The translations under genes and the position numbers were made by a program. 64,000 nucleotides of DNA, from positions 320,591-384,590 of the forward strand of contig BPHB01000001.1 in assembly GCA_026003335.1 (NCBI GenBank), read 5' to 3'. The notes under the pieces were generated by a model, which worked only from the letters and a program-made list of their open reading frames with translations, ran no database searches and was not told where the DNA came from. Of this stretch, positions 1 through 9,264 are shown one piece after another. Each line of letters opens with the position of its first letter. Within the stretch, counting starts at the first letter, position 1. The DNA comes from Chitinophagales bacterium. Lineage in GTDB: Bacteria; Bacteroidota; Bacteroidia; Chitinophagales; CAIOSU01.

Positions 1-96
1 GATACGCTATTTCACTATACGGCTGCAGGCAGCATATCAGGGTAACCCCGGCTTCTGCAAACGAATTACTGAGAGAGGTTTCACAGAGCACACACC

Positions 97-1272
97 TCAG
101 ATCAGTTGCAGCACAATGGCGCTGGCCCCCCCTCCGCCATTGCAAATGCCAGCACACCCGATTTTACCGCCTTTTCTTTTTAATGCGGTAATCAGAGTCA
201 TCGTGATACGCGTGCCACTCATGCCTACCGGGTGACCCAAGGACACGGCACCGCCATATACATTTACCTTCTGCGGATTGAGTCCCATCTCCTTTATGTT
301 GGCAAGAGCCACAACCGAAAAAGCCTCATTGATTTCAAAGAAATCCACATCAGCAACTTGAAGTCCTGCTTTATGAAGTGCTTTAGGCATAGCCCGCGAT
401 GGCGTGGTGGTGAACATTTCAGGCTCTTGCGAGGCATCGGCAAAGGACAGGATTTTCGCCAGCGGCTTAATATTCAGTTCTTTCACTTTTTGTCCGCTCA
501 TCAGCACTACCGCTGCTGCCCCATCATTGATTTTGGAAGCATTGGCAGCCGTAATGGTTCCGTCCTTATCAAAAGCCGGACGCAAAGTGGGTATCTTTTC
601 CGGAGAAAAGCGCTTGTATTCTTCATCTTCCGAAACAGTTACCGAACCCTTGCGGGTTTTCACTTCCACGGCAACCAGCTCATCTGCAAAAGCGCCCTCC
701 TTATATGCTTGCTGTGCCCGCATGTAAGACTGGATTGCATAATGATCCTGGTCTTCGCGGGTGAAGGCATATTTCCGGGCGCATACTTCGCCTGCATTGC
801 CCATCATGTATCCTTTATAGGGGTCTTGCAACGCATCGCGCACTACGGCATCCAGCAGCACACCATTACCATACCCATAACCATATCTGGCCCTATCCAG
901 CATGAAAGGAGCCCTGGACATGCTCTCCATGCCTCCGGCTACCACAACATGATTATCTCCGGTCATGATCGTCTGAGCTGCTATCATTATGGCTTTCATA
1001 CCGGAGGCACATACCTTGTTGATGGTTGTGGTGGGGGTTTGCGGAGAAAGGCCAGCCCCAAGAGCTGCCTGCTTGGCCGGAGCCTGACCTAAATTGGCAC
1101 TGATCACATTACCCATGAACACCTCTTCCACTTGGGCGGAATCTATACCTGCCCTTTGTACCGCATGACGGATAGCCACAGATCCCAGTTCCACAGCTGA
1201 AACCGAAGACAGCCCGCCCCCAAAACTTCCGATGGGCGTGCGGGCCATTGAAACAATATAAACCTCCTGCAT
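97..1272 (-). CDS. acetyl-CoA C-acetyltransferase (thiolase II)
   Basis: 391-aa ORF with thiolase signatures: acyl-Cys in 'NKVCASGMKAI', 'NEAFS', C-terminal 'GICNGGGGASA'. Confidence 0.9.
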   Translation of the reverse strand: MQEVYIVSMARTPIGSFGGGLSSVSAVELGSVAIRHAVQRAGIDSAQVEEVFMGNVISANLGQAPAKQAALGAGLSPQTPTTTINKVCASGMKAIMIAAQTIMTGDNHVVVAGGMESMSRAPFMLDRARYGYGYGNGVLLDAVVRDALQDPYKGYMMGNAGEVCARKYAFTREDQDHYAIQSYMRAQQAYKEGAFADELVAVEVKTRKGSVTVSEDEEYKRFSPEKIPTLRPAFDKDGTITAANASKINDGAAAVVLMSGQKVKELNIKPLAKILSFADASQEPEMFTTTPSRAMPKALHKAGLQVADVDFFEINEAFSVVALANIKEMGLNPQKVNVYGGAVSLGHPVGMSGTRITMTLITALKRKGGKIGCAGICNGGGGASAIVLQLI

Positions 1273-1383
1273 CCTAAAACTTTTGATGATTATGAAAATA
1301 AATTTCCCGTAAAGTTAGACAGAACTTTATGACCTGAACTTTTAAACTTTACCCTTTGGGCTAATTTTATCACTCAAACCTCC

Positions 1384-3465
1384 TTGTATAGCTTGAAGAA
1401 GCTTTTTCTTTTTATTGTCAACCGGCATCAGGATATTCTGCGTTACCTGACTATTCTGGCTTCAGCAGTTGTTATTTCTCTTGTTTTTCCCAGAACAGGG
1501 ATATTTAAATATGAATTTGAAATCGGCAAGCCCTGGAAGTATGAAAGTCTTATAGCCCCCTTTGACATCGCCATACAAAAAACACAAATGCAACTGGATG
1601 AAGAAAAGGAATGGCTCCTGGAAGGTTTTTCACCCTACTACCGGCTTGACCCACTGGTAGCTGAAACACAGGAAGCCGCTTTTATTGACAGCTTCAACGC
1701 CAGGCTGCTGCTAGGCGATTGGAAATCAAAAGGCATAGACTCCCTGCAGGATCTGAAGCTTGGTCTCAGTGTCCTGCAAAGCATCTATAGCAAAGGCCTC
1801 ATATATCTGATCGATGAACATAAGTCTTTCCCTCCTGGGAAAGAGATCAATATCCTCACCGACGAAAACGTTGCAGAAAAAAAACTCCTGGCTGATCTAC
1901 TGACGATTAAAGAAGCTTTTGACTTTGCCCGGGACACCATTAAAAGCACCAGACGTGAAAGCCTGGGCTTTCTGCTGCCACTGATTGAAGAATCGCTGGA
2001 TTATAATGTGTTGTATGATGGCGCCACCACTACTAAATATCAGAATGAGCTGGTAAATAACATTTCGCTCACCCGCGGTAAAATTCAGGAAGGTGAGCTG
2101 ATTATCTCAAAGGGTGCCATTGTAACCCCGGACAAATACCAGATGCTGGAATCATTTCGCAATGAATTTGAAAGTAAGGTATTCGGCATAAAAAAAGCCC
2201 AGATTATTTATCTGGGTAATCTCGGACTGACCATCATCGTATTGTCTGTGCTGGCTCTTTTTATCCGCACATTTTCCCGAGATGTATGGGAAAATAACCG
2301 CAAGCACCTGCTGGTTTTTTTACTGATTACCCTCATGCTGGTGACGATTGGATCTATTGTAAAAACCGATCTCCCCATACTGTACGCTATTCCGGTGTGT
2401 ATCCTTCCGCTGGTTTTGCGGAATTTTTTCGGAGCTGAGCTGGCTTTACACGCACACATAGCCATGGTCGTGCTCAGTGCTTTTCTTGTTCCTGACAGTA
2501 TTCAGTTTGCTTTTCTGCAGATTATTGCTGGCATGGTAGCAATTGTTGTTCAGCCCCGGGGGTTTTACTGGTCGCAGGTATTTGCCCTGAATGGGATTAT
2601 TTTATTGGCTTATGTAACTTCCTATCTTGCCCTGTCTCTGGTTCAGGAAGGTTCTCTGGCTCAGATTCACTATGCTGATTTCGGCTGGCTTGGACTAAAT
2701 GCCCTGCTTACCCTTCTGGCTTATCCGCTGATTCCCATCTTTGAAAAATCATTTGGATTTGTTTCCCAAATGACGCTCATAGAATTATCAGATATTCATC
2801 GTCCACTGTTAAAGGAATTGTCTATCAAAGCACCCGGCACCTTTCAGCACTCTCTTCAGGTGGCTAACCTTGCCGAGGCTGCAGCCGCTGAAATCGGGGC
2901 AAATACAGCCCTTGCCAAAACCGGTGCCCTTTATCATGACATCGGTAAAATGAAAAACCCTTTGTTCTTTATAGAAAATCAGAATCATGGTATCAATCCG
3001 CATGATGATCTGACGTTTGAAGAAAGCGCCCGCGTTATCATAGGCCATGTAAAAGAAGGCATCCAGTTGGCACATAAACATCATTTGCCGGATATCTTGA
3101 TTGATTTTATCCGTACCCATCACGGCACAACCGTAGTACAATATTTTTACCAGTCCTATCTGAAAAACTTTCCTGAAAAAGCCAGTGATATTGAAAAGTT
3201 TCGCTATCCAGGCCCGCTGCCCTATTCAAAAGAAACAGCCATCGTAATGATGGCCGATTCCGTAGAGGCTGCCGCGCGCAGCCTGAAGAATCCTACCAGC
3301 GAGGATATTGAATCCCTGGTAGATCACATCATCAGCAGCAAAATCAAAGAAGAACAACTTATCAACAGCAACATCACTTTTAAGGAAATTACGCTAATCA
3401 AAAAAGTGATGAAAAAGATGCTCAACAGCATTTACCATGCGCGCATTGCCTATCCGGAACATTAA
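1384..3465 (+). CDS. 7TM-HD (HDIG) membrane phosphohydrolase, PgpH/YqfF-like
   Basis: 693-aa ORF (TTG start as given in the track). It has an N-terminal extracellular region, about 7 TM helices, then an HD domain ('HSLQVANL', 'LYHDIGKM', 'HHGT'). Confidence 0.85.
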   Translation: MYSLKKLFLFIVNRHQDILRYLTILASAVVISLVFPRTGIFKYEFEIGKPWKYESLIAPFDIAIQKTQMQLDEEKEWLLEGFSPYYRLDPLVAETQEAAFIDSFNARLLLGDWKSKGIDSLQDLKLGLSVLQSIYSKGLIYLIDEHKSFPPGKEINILTDENVAEKKLLADLLTIKEAFDFARDTIKSTRRESLGFLLPLIEESLDYNVLYDGATTTKYQNELVNNISLTRGKIQEGELIISKGAIVTPDKYQMLESFRNEFESKVFGIKKAQIIYLGNLGLTIIVLSVLALFIRTFSRDVWENNRKHLLVFLLITLMLVTIGSIVKTDLPILYAIPVCILPLVLRNFFGAELALHAHIAMVVLSAFLVPDSIQFAFLQIIAGMVAIVVQPRGFYWSQVFALNGIILLAYVTSYLALSLVQEGSLAQIHYADFGWLGLNALLTLLAYPLIPIFEKSFGFVSQMTLIELSDIHRPLLKELSIKAPGTFQHSLQVANLAEAAAAEIGANTALAKTGALYHDIGKMKNPLFFIENQNHGINPHDDLTFEESARVIIGHVKEGIQLAHKHHLPDILIDFIRTHHGTTVVQYFYQSYLKNFPEKASDIEKFRYPGPLPYSKETAIVMMADSVEAAARSLKNPTSEDIESLVDHIISSKIKEEQLINSNITFKEITLIKKVMKKMLNSIYHARIAYPEH

Positions 3466-3486
3466 CCATCGTGACCTGCATAAACA

Positions 3487-3518
3487 GGAAGAGGCCCTCC
3501 TGCCGGAAAGCCTCTTCC
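3487..3518. terminator. hairpin between convergent genes (possible bidirectional terminator)
   Basis: Perfect 9-bp inverted repeat GGAAGAGGC (3487-3495) / GCCTCTTCC (3510-3518) with a 14-nt loop, lying between the stop codons at 3465 (+) and 3542 (-). No clean U-tract. Confidence 0.4.
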
Positions 3519-3541
3519 CTTCTCTGCCAATGAAACGCTGT

Positions 3542-4300
3542 TTATCTGGCAGCCGCAAGGGCTGATTGCAGCCTGTGTATGCTGCTTTCAAAAGTAAATA
3601 CATCGTACACGATGTAATACCGTTCCGGATCCACTACTTTTGGATATGCATATTGTGCTATTTCCAGACGCGATGACTCAAAAGTAAAGAGTGAAGCCAA
3701 CTGTTTCACCTGCTCAGATGTAAAATAATAATGATCAATAGCTTCTCTGGCTATGTTTACCCTTGTGCTTTCAAACGTCTTCATTTCTATGCTGCGCAGA
3801 AGGTTAGAAAAGTCCGCAGCACCCATAGGATAATTGCGCTGCGGAAAAGGATAGCCGCTCCATGCCCCGGGTGCTATTGCTTCGCAACCAGCAGTACAGG
3901 AGAAGTGCTGCGGGCTATGACTGCAAGGTAAAGAACCGGGCAAAGCTGGCGGATATAAAGGGCTGTATGCCTGCACCACCAACTGATTGTGGCAATCAAT
4001 CACAGCACGGGTAATAAAGCCTGAATACAGGCTTATCGGTCCCTGATACACAAGTATCCATTGGCTGCCCCACCTCCCGTAAGGAGCCATTACCGTCCAT
4101 ACCTTTAAATGATGCATACCCGGGGGAAGATGAAAAATACTTTGCACCGGAGCCGGTTTGCCATAGCGCATGCCGTCCACAGCGACTTTTATCGGGGCAC
4201 CATTGTGCAGGCTCAGCTCCAGTGCGCTGGCTGAATGTGATGCAGCTGAAACCGTTAACCCGGCCATCAGCATAAGAGAGAGTAAAGCTTGCGTTTTCAT
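3542..4300 (-). CDS. DUF4476-like secreted protein
   Basis: The ORF frame is open to 4366, but the internal ATG at 4300 gives the signal peptide 'MKTQALLSLMLMAGLTVSAAS'. The C-terminus has three 'F(T)FES(S/T)R' repeats typical of DUF4476. Confidence 0.7.
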   Translation of the reverse strand: MKTQALLSLMLMAGLTVSAASHSASALELSLHNGAPIKVAVDGMRYGKPAPVQSIFHLPPGMHHLKVWTVMAPYGRWGSQWILVYQGPISLYSGFITRAVIDCHNQLVVQAYSPLYPPALPGSLPCSHSPQHFSCTAGCEAIAPGAWSGYPFPQRNYPMGAADFSNLLRSIEMKTFESTRVNIAREAIDHYYFTSEQVKQLASLFTFESSRLEIAQYAYPKVVDPERYYIVYDVFTFESSIHRLQSALAAAR

Positions 4301-4426
4301 AAAGCCTCCTTTTCCCTCTTCAAAAGCCAACATCATGCCAAAATAAAATACTCCCTTACACGGCAACAGTAAGTTGCGGAAAAATATCCTTCCCAGCCAT
4401 CTGCTGAATCATTATTTTTGAATTGT

Positions 4427-6358
4427 ATGATTTCACAGCAAAGCATCCATCGCATTCTGGAAACAGTCCGCATAGAAGAAGTCATAGGGGAATATGTGCG
4501 GCTGAAACGCAGTGGCTCAAACCTTATAGGTCTGTGTCCTTTTCATAATGAAAAAACACCCTCCTTCAGTGTTTCACCGGCTAAAGGCATTTACAAATGT
4601 TTCGGTTGCGGAGCCGCGGGCAACGTGGTGAAGTTTATCATGGACCATGAGCACTACTCTTACCCCGAAGCCCTGCGTTATCTTGCCGGGAAGTACAACA
4701 TTGAAATAGAAGAAATACGCACGGAATCTCCGCAGGATAAAATCCAGGAAAACCGCAAAGAAAGTCTGCTTGTCCTGAACAGCTTTGCTCAAAAGTTTTA
4801 CACAGAAATGTTGTTTGATCCGGAAAAGGGAGCTGCCGGATTGAGCTACTTTCGTGAACGTGGCCTGCGGGACGACACCATCAAAAAATTTCAGCTGGGT
4901 TTTGCACCGCCACAGGAGCAATCCTTTTATCAGGCTGCCCGCTCTGCAGGTTTTCAGGACGAACTGCTGCTTGCATCCGGTCTGGTAAGTATGCGCAACA
5001 ACCGCATGGTAGATTTTTTCCGTGAACGCGTTCTGTTTCCAATTCACAATTTTTCAGGAAGAGTGATCGGGTTTGGCGGCCGCAGCCTGCGGAACAACAA
5101 AAATATTCCCAAATACATCAATACCCCCCAGACGGAGGTGTATGACAAAAGCCATTCTCTTTTCGGGATATTTTTTGCGAAAAATGCCATCCGCAAAGCC
5201 GATGCTTGCATTCTGGTGGAAGGCTATATGGATGTTATTGCGCTGAGTGAGTCGGGAATTGAGAACGTAGTGGCTTCATCCGGCACATCTCTGACTGCTG
5301 AGCAGGCACACCTGATCCGCAGATTGACCAATAACATACTATTGCTATATGATGGCGACCCGGCAGGCATAAAGGCTGCACTGCGCGGCATTGACATTCT
5401 GCTTGAAGAAGACCTAAACGTGAGAATAGTTGCCTTACCCCCTAATGCTGACCCCGACTCCTTCGTGAGAGCCCATGGCGCAGATGCCCTCAAACAATAC
5501 ATGCAGGAGCATGCAGCGGATTTCATGGTGTTTAAAACCAAAATGCTGCTACAGGAGATTGGTAATGACCCGTTCCAAAAAGCAGAGGCAATCAGAGATA
5601 TTGTGCGCTCCATCGCCATTATTCCGGATGCGCTGAAAAGAGCTCTTTTTATAAAAGAATGCGCCACCCTGCTGCACACCAGTGAACAAATCCTGATCAG
5701 TGAAGCAAACAAAATCCGCAGAAATAGATTTTCACGTGAAGCCCAAATACCCCGCCAGGAGGTTGCCCTCCTACATCCTGATATTGCAGACTCTCATCAT
5801 CAACCTATACCGACAACCATCAATTTTGATTTACAGGAAAGAGATGTGATTCGGCTGCTGCTTGAATATGGTCATGAAGTTATCGGAGATGCGGAAGAAG
5901 GGAACCCCTCTGACGAAACGGTTACCGAAATGATTCTGGATGACCTCCAGGGCTTTCGTTTTGAAAACCCGCTGTTTGATAAAATTCTGCAGGAATATGT
6001 CCAAAGCCTGCAAGCCGGCATTATTCCTGACCAGAAGCATTTTATTCATCATCCCGATAAAGACATCAGCAATCTGGCTATTGAACTGCTACACCCGGCC
6101 CATCAGGTTAGTTCTAACTGGGAAAAAATGCACGACATTTCCGTCACCAGCAAACAGTTTGTTTACCGCCAGGACATCCGCAGCTCTATATGCCGCTTTA
6201 AACTCAAACACATCCAGAAAAAAATTGATGATCTTTGCCAGCATATTAAAACACTCACCGACCCGGAAGCGTTAGCCCAGCAGTTGAAAATTCTGTCCCG
6301 TTATCAGGAAATGAAAAAAGAAATTGCCAGTGAACTGGGAACGGTGGTTATAAAATAG
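4427..6358 (+). CDS. dnaG: DNA primase
   Basis: CHC2 zinc finger 'CPFHNEKTPSFSVSPAKGIYKCFGCG'; TOPRIM motifs 'LVEGYMDVIAL' and 'LYDGDPAG'. ATG at 4427 preferred over the TTG at 4418. Confidence 0.95.
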   Translation: MISQQSIHRILETVRIEEVIGEYVRLKRSGSNLIGLCPFHNEKTPSFSVSPAKGIYKCFGCGAAGNVVKFIMDHEHYSYPEALRYLAGKYNIEIEEIRTESPQDKIQENRKESLLVLNSFAQKFYTEMLFDPEKGAAGLSYFRERGLRDDTIKKFQLGFAPPQEQSFYQAARSAGFQDELLLASGLVSMRNNRMVDFFRERVLFPIHNFSGRVIGFGGRSLRNNKNIPKYINTPQTEVYDKSHSLFGIFFAKNAIRKADACILVEGYMDVIALSESGIENVVASSGTSLTAEQAHLIRRLTNNILLLYDGDPAGIKAALRGIDILLEEDLNVRIVALPPNADPDSFVRAHGADALKQYMQEHAADFMVFKTKMLLQEIGNDPFQKAEAIRDIVRSIAIIPDALKRALFIKECATLLHTSEQILISEANKIRRNRFSREAQIPRQEVALLHPDIADSHHQPIPTTINFDLQERDVIRLLLEYGHEVIGDAEEGNPSDETVTEMILDDLQGFRFENPLFDKILQEYVQSLQAGIIPDQKHFIHHPDKDISNLAIELLHPAHQVSSNWEKMHDISVTSKQFVYRQDIRSSICRFKLKHIQKKIDDLCQHIKTLTDPEALAQQLKILSRYQEMKKEIASELGTVVIK

Positions 6359-6475
6359 CCCTTTGTTCATCTGGTGCGCTGCCTGTAACAGGGAGCTGCG
6401 CTGGTAGTGCTCTTTCAGTAAGGCTATTTGCTAAAGTTTCGTATTCTGCAAAACCTCATATTATGAAGAGAAATG

Positions 6476-8025
6476 TCAGTTGCTTCCTGCCGCATCCGGT
6501 GCTGGCGCTGTATCCTGAGCAATGTCCAGCTTGAAAACAAAAGCTCCAGATGTTTGATGAACGATACGCATTCTCGGATCGCGCTCAATGATGTTTCTGA
6601 GCTGTTGAAAGTTGCTGGTTGCAACACCGTATCGCACACGAAATTCATCCTTTAAAACAGTGTAGGTCTGACTGCCCATTCTTCCGTTGGACACGGCATC
6701 CCAGCGTCTCCACACCTCAGGGTTCCAGTAATACATAAAGCACGGATCCAGAAACACCAGATAGCGGTTTTTATGATTAAAGTAAAACAGCTCCGGAGCA
6801 TCGTCCCAGTCGGCAGTAAATACTACCTCATCCTCCTCTGTATGTTTCAGCAGATATTTCGCAGCCTCTTCCAGCACCGGAGGACCGATGCCCCTGAATA
6901 CCTGTACGGTGCTGGCATGAGAATTCATTGCCAGCCCGGCAAGCATAATGCCTGCAGCTGACAGCAGAATAACAATTTCTTTAGGCTCTCTGCACTCCAG
7001 GTATTTTTTGATATAGGGCGTAAAAAAAAATCCGCAGAATAAAAGAGTCACCGGCACAGAATATTCTGTGAAGCGTTTGGAAAAACAGGTTATGAAAATC
7101 AGAAATAATACAATGGGTAATAAAGACAATGTTTTCCTTTCGTGTTTTTCCGGTAAACGGATAGCCAGTACAAACCCAATCACGAGCGGCAGCACCACGG
7201 CTGCATGCGCCGTTATTGCTGCACGCGTATGCATCGGGCTGAATTCACCCCCCATGTGCAGGTCTATCCCCCCGCCAACAGACATCCAGGGGATAAAAAA
7301 ATTCTGCACATAGAACATCAGAAAATTATCCGGAAAATAAGGTGACGCCAGCATGCCGGCACCCATTGCCAGCAACGCAGTTAGCGGAGTTTTCCAATCG
7401 TTTTCATTTTCAAACAACAGATGAAAACCATACACCAGACTGGCGAAGATAAAAGGCAGATGAAAAGCCGTGTAACTGAATGTATAAATAACACACAATA
7501 CCGCCAGAGCTATGCGCCTCCTGTTAAGGATAAAATGAATACTCCAGAGCACAAAGAGAATGGAAAGCACCTGCGGACGCACCACATTCACCCGGTAAAG
7601 AAAATACCCTCCTGAAACCAGCAGCAGCGCAACCCACAACCACGGAGCCATCACATTATTTAACCGCATAATGGCAAAAAGGAAACCAACACTCCTGACG
7701 CTAATAGCACGATGCCGATTTTAGCTCCGGTCATTACATTAGGAAACAAAGTGAAAGGAATCAGATAGACATGAAACAACCATTCCTTGTCAGAAAACCG
7801 GTCACGCCAGAAACTGCAATGCGCCCATTTAAAGGATTGTATCCATCCTGATTCTCGCATCAGGTAAGCCATTTTGCTGTGATAGTAGCCATCGGTTTCC
7901 AGATAGGGCGACTGAAATTGATAGTAGGCGAAAAACACTATCCCCATGCCTGCAACCACAGCATATTGACAGAAGCGATTTTTCATAAGGCGGAAAGTGA
8001 TAAAAATTCTAAAATATAAATCCAC
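6476..8025 (-). pseudogene. polytopic membrane protein (possible GT-C-like glycosyltransferase) split by a frameshift in a T5 run
   Basis: Two overlapping ORFs (7660..8025 and 6476..7669) are both multi-TM. The break lies inside a hydrophobic segment at plus-strand A5 7676-7680. Adding one T on the coding strand gives '...GVLVSFFAIMRLNNVMAPW...' as a single ORF of about 516 aa. Confidence 0.6.
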
Positions 8026-8125
8026 ATCCTTAAATAAAAAAGCGGTCTTTTCGTGTGGATAATTTTTATCGTTAAATAGCTTGGAACAGAAACAGTTTTT
8101 ACGTTCATTTGCTTAAAAATACATC

Positions 8126-9229
8126 ATGAAAAAGATCTTTCTTCTGTTTGCATCAGTAATGAGCGCATTATGGTCTGAGGCAGCCATCTTCACCGTAGAT
8201 AATACTCCGGTCTCCGCGGCCCAGTATTCTTCCATATCAAATGCCGTGACTGCGGCATCCAGCGGAGATACTATACTGGTTTACGGAAGTGGCTCTAGCT
8301 ATGGCGCTGTCACTGTAAATAAAAAGCTGATTTTTGTCGGCAATGCTGGCGTTGACCCGGAAGTATCCAATGAAAGCCCTCCTGAAGTATCTTATTTTTA
8401 CTTTAACTCAGCCAATGCCAGTGGAACCGTCATTACCGGATTTAATATTGGTTACATAGATGTAGCAGCAGGTGTAAGTAATGTGGGCATTTATAACAAC
8501 TATATGAGAAGCAACACAAACGCTATGTACTTTAGGAGCGCAGGGATAAACAATTGGGTTATTGAAGGCAACGCAATGGAAGTTCTTCCTGGTGGAAGAG
8601 TATTTTATGATGCGACTGGTGGAGTAGCCAATATCTTATTTAAAAACAACTATGTGGAAATGAATTCTTACTATTCTGAACTATTTTATAACCTGAACAG
8701 CGCTTATACCTTTCGCAATAACGTATTCATTATCCGAAACAATAATGGGTATTATCCCTTTTATAGTTGCAATACTGTATTGTTTGAAAACAACATATTC
8801 TGGATGGTAACCAATAATCCATCATATCCTTTGCTGCTGGACATCACCAGTCAGCAGTGCGCCAACTGTGTTTTCAACAACAATATCATTTACAATAGCG
8901 GAGGCGCCACAATGACAAATATCAGCGCTATCGGGAACGGTGTTACCGGCAACAACAACATTATGAATCAAAACCCGCAGTTTGTGAATTTTTTAGAATC
9001 CGGAGGTTATACCATTACAGAAGATTATCAGCTTGCTGCAGGATCTCCCGGGAAAAATGCCGGCACCGATGGCACAGATATCGGATTATACGGGGCCTAT
9101 TACAAATGGGAAAACCGGAAATACCCGAAGTCATTTCCGCATCAGGAAATCTTTAACGTCATCAACACTACTGTGCCACAAGGGCAACCCATCAATATTA
9201 ATCTGAAAGCCAAAAAGGCCCCCAATTAA
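8126..9229 (+). CDS. secreted right-handed beta-helix repeat protein
   Basis: Signal peptide 'MKKIFLLFASVMSALWSEA'. The N-terminal motif 'SISNAVTAASSGDTILVYGSG' and repeated 'N-N-x-(I/F)' rungs are typical of parallel beta-helix (pectate-lyase fold) proteins. Confidence 0.6.
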   Translation: MKKIFLLFASVMSALWSEAAIFTVDNTPVSAAQYSSISNAVTAASSGDTILVYGSGSSYGAVTVNKKLIFVGNAGVDPEVSNESPPEVSYFYFNSANASGTVITGFNIGYIDVAAGVSNVGIYNNYMRSNTNAMYFRSAGINNWVIEGNAMEVLPGGRVFYDATGGVANILFKNNYVEMNSYYSELFYNLNSAYTFRNNVFIIRNNNGYYPFYSCNTVLFENNIFWMVTNNPSYPLLLDITSQQCANCVFNNNIIYNSGGATMTNISAIGNGVTGNNNIMNQNPQFVNFLESGGYTITEDYQLAAGSPGKNAGTDGTDIGLYGAYYKWENRKYPKSFPHQEIFNVINTTVPQGQPININLKAKKAPN

Positions 9230-9264
9230 GCATCACCCAGAGTTCAAACTCCAATCCTTGAGCT

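Noticed and set aside
232-1092. 286-aa ORF antisense to the thiolase gene (also 404..727)
   Set aside because: It lies entirely within, and opposite to, a gene with clear thiolase motifs, and has low-complexity composition with no recognisable motifs. This is a typical shadow ORF.
4301-4366. Upstream extension of the DUF4476 ORF (MPCKGVFYFGMMLAFEEGKGGF)
   Set aside because: The internal Met at 4300 gives a canonical signal peptide. The extension would bury it.
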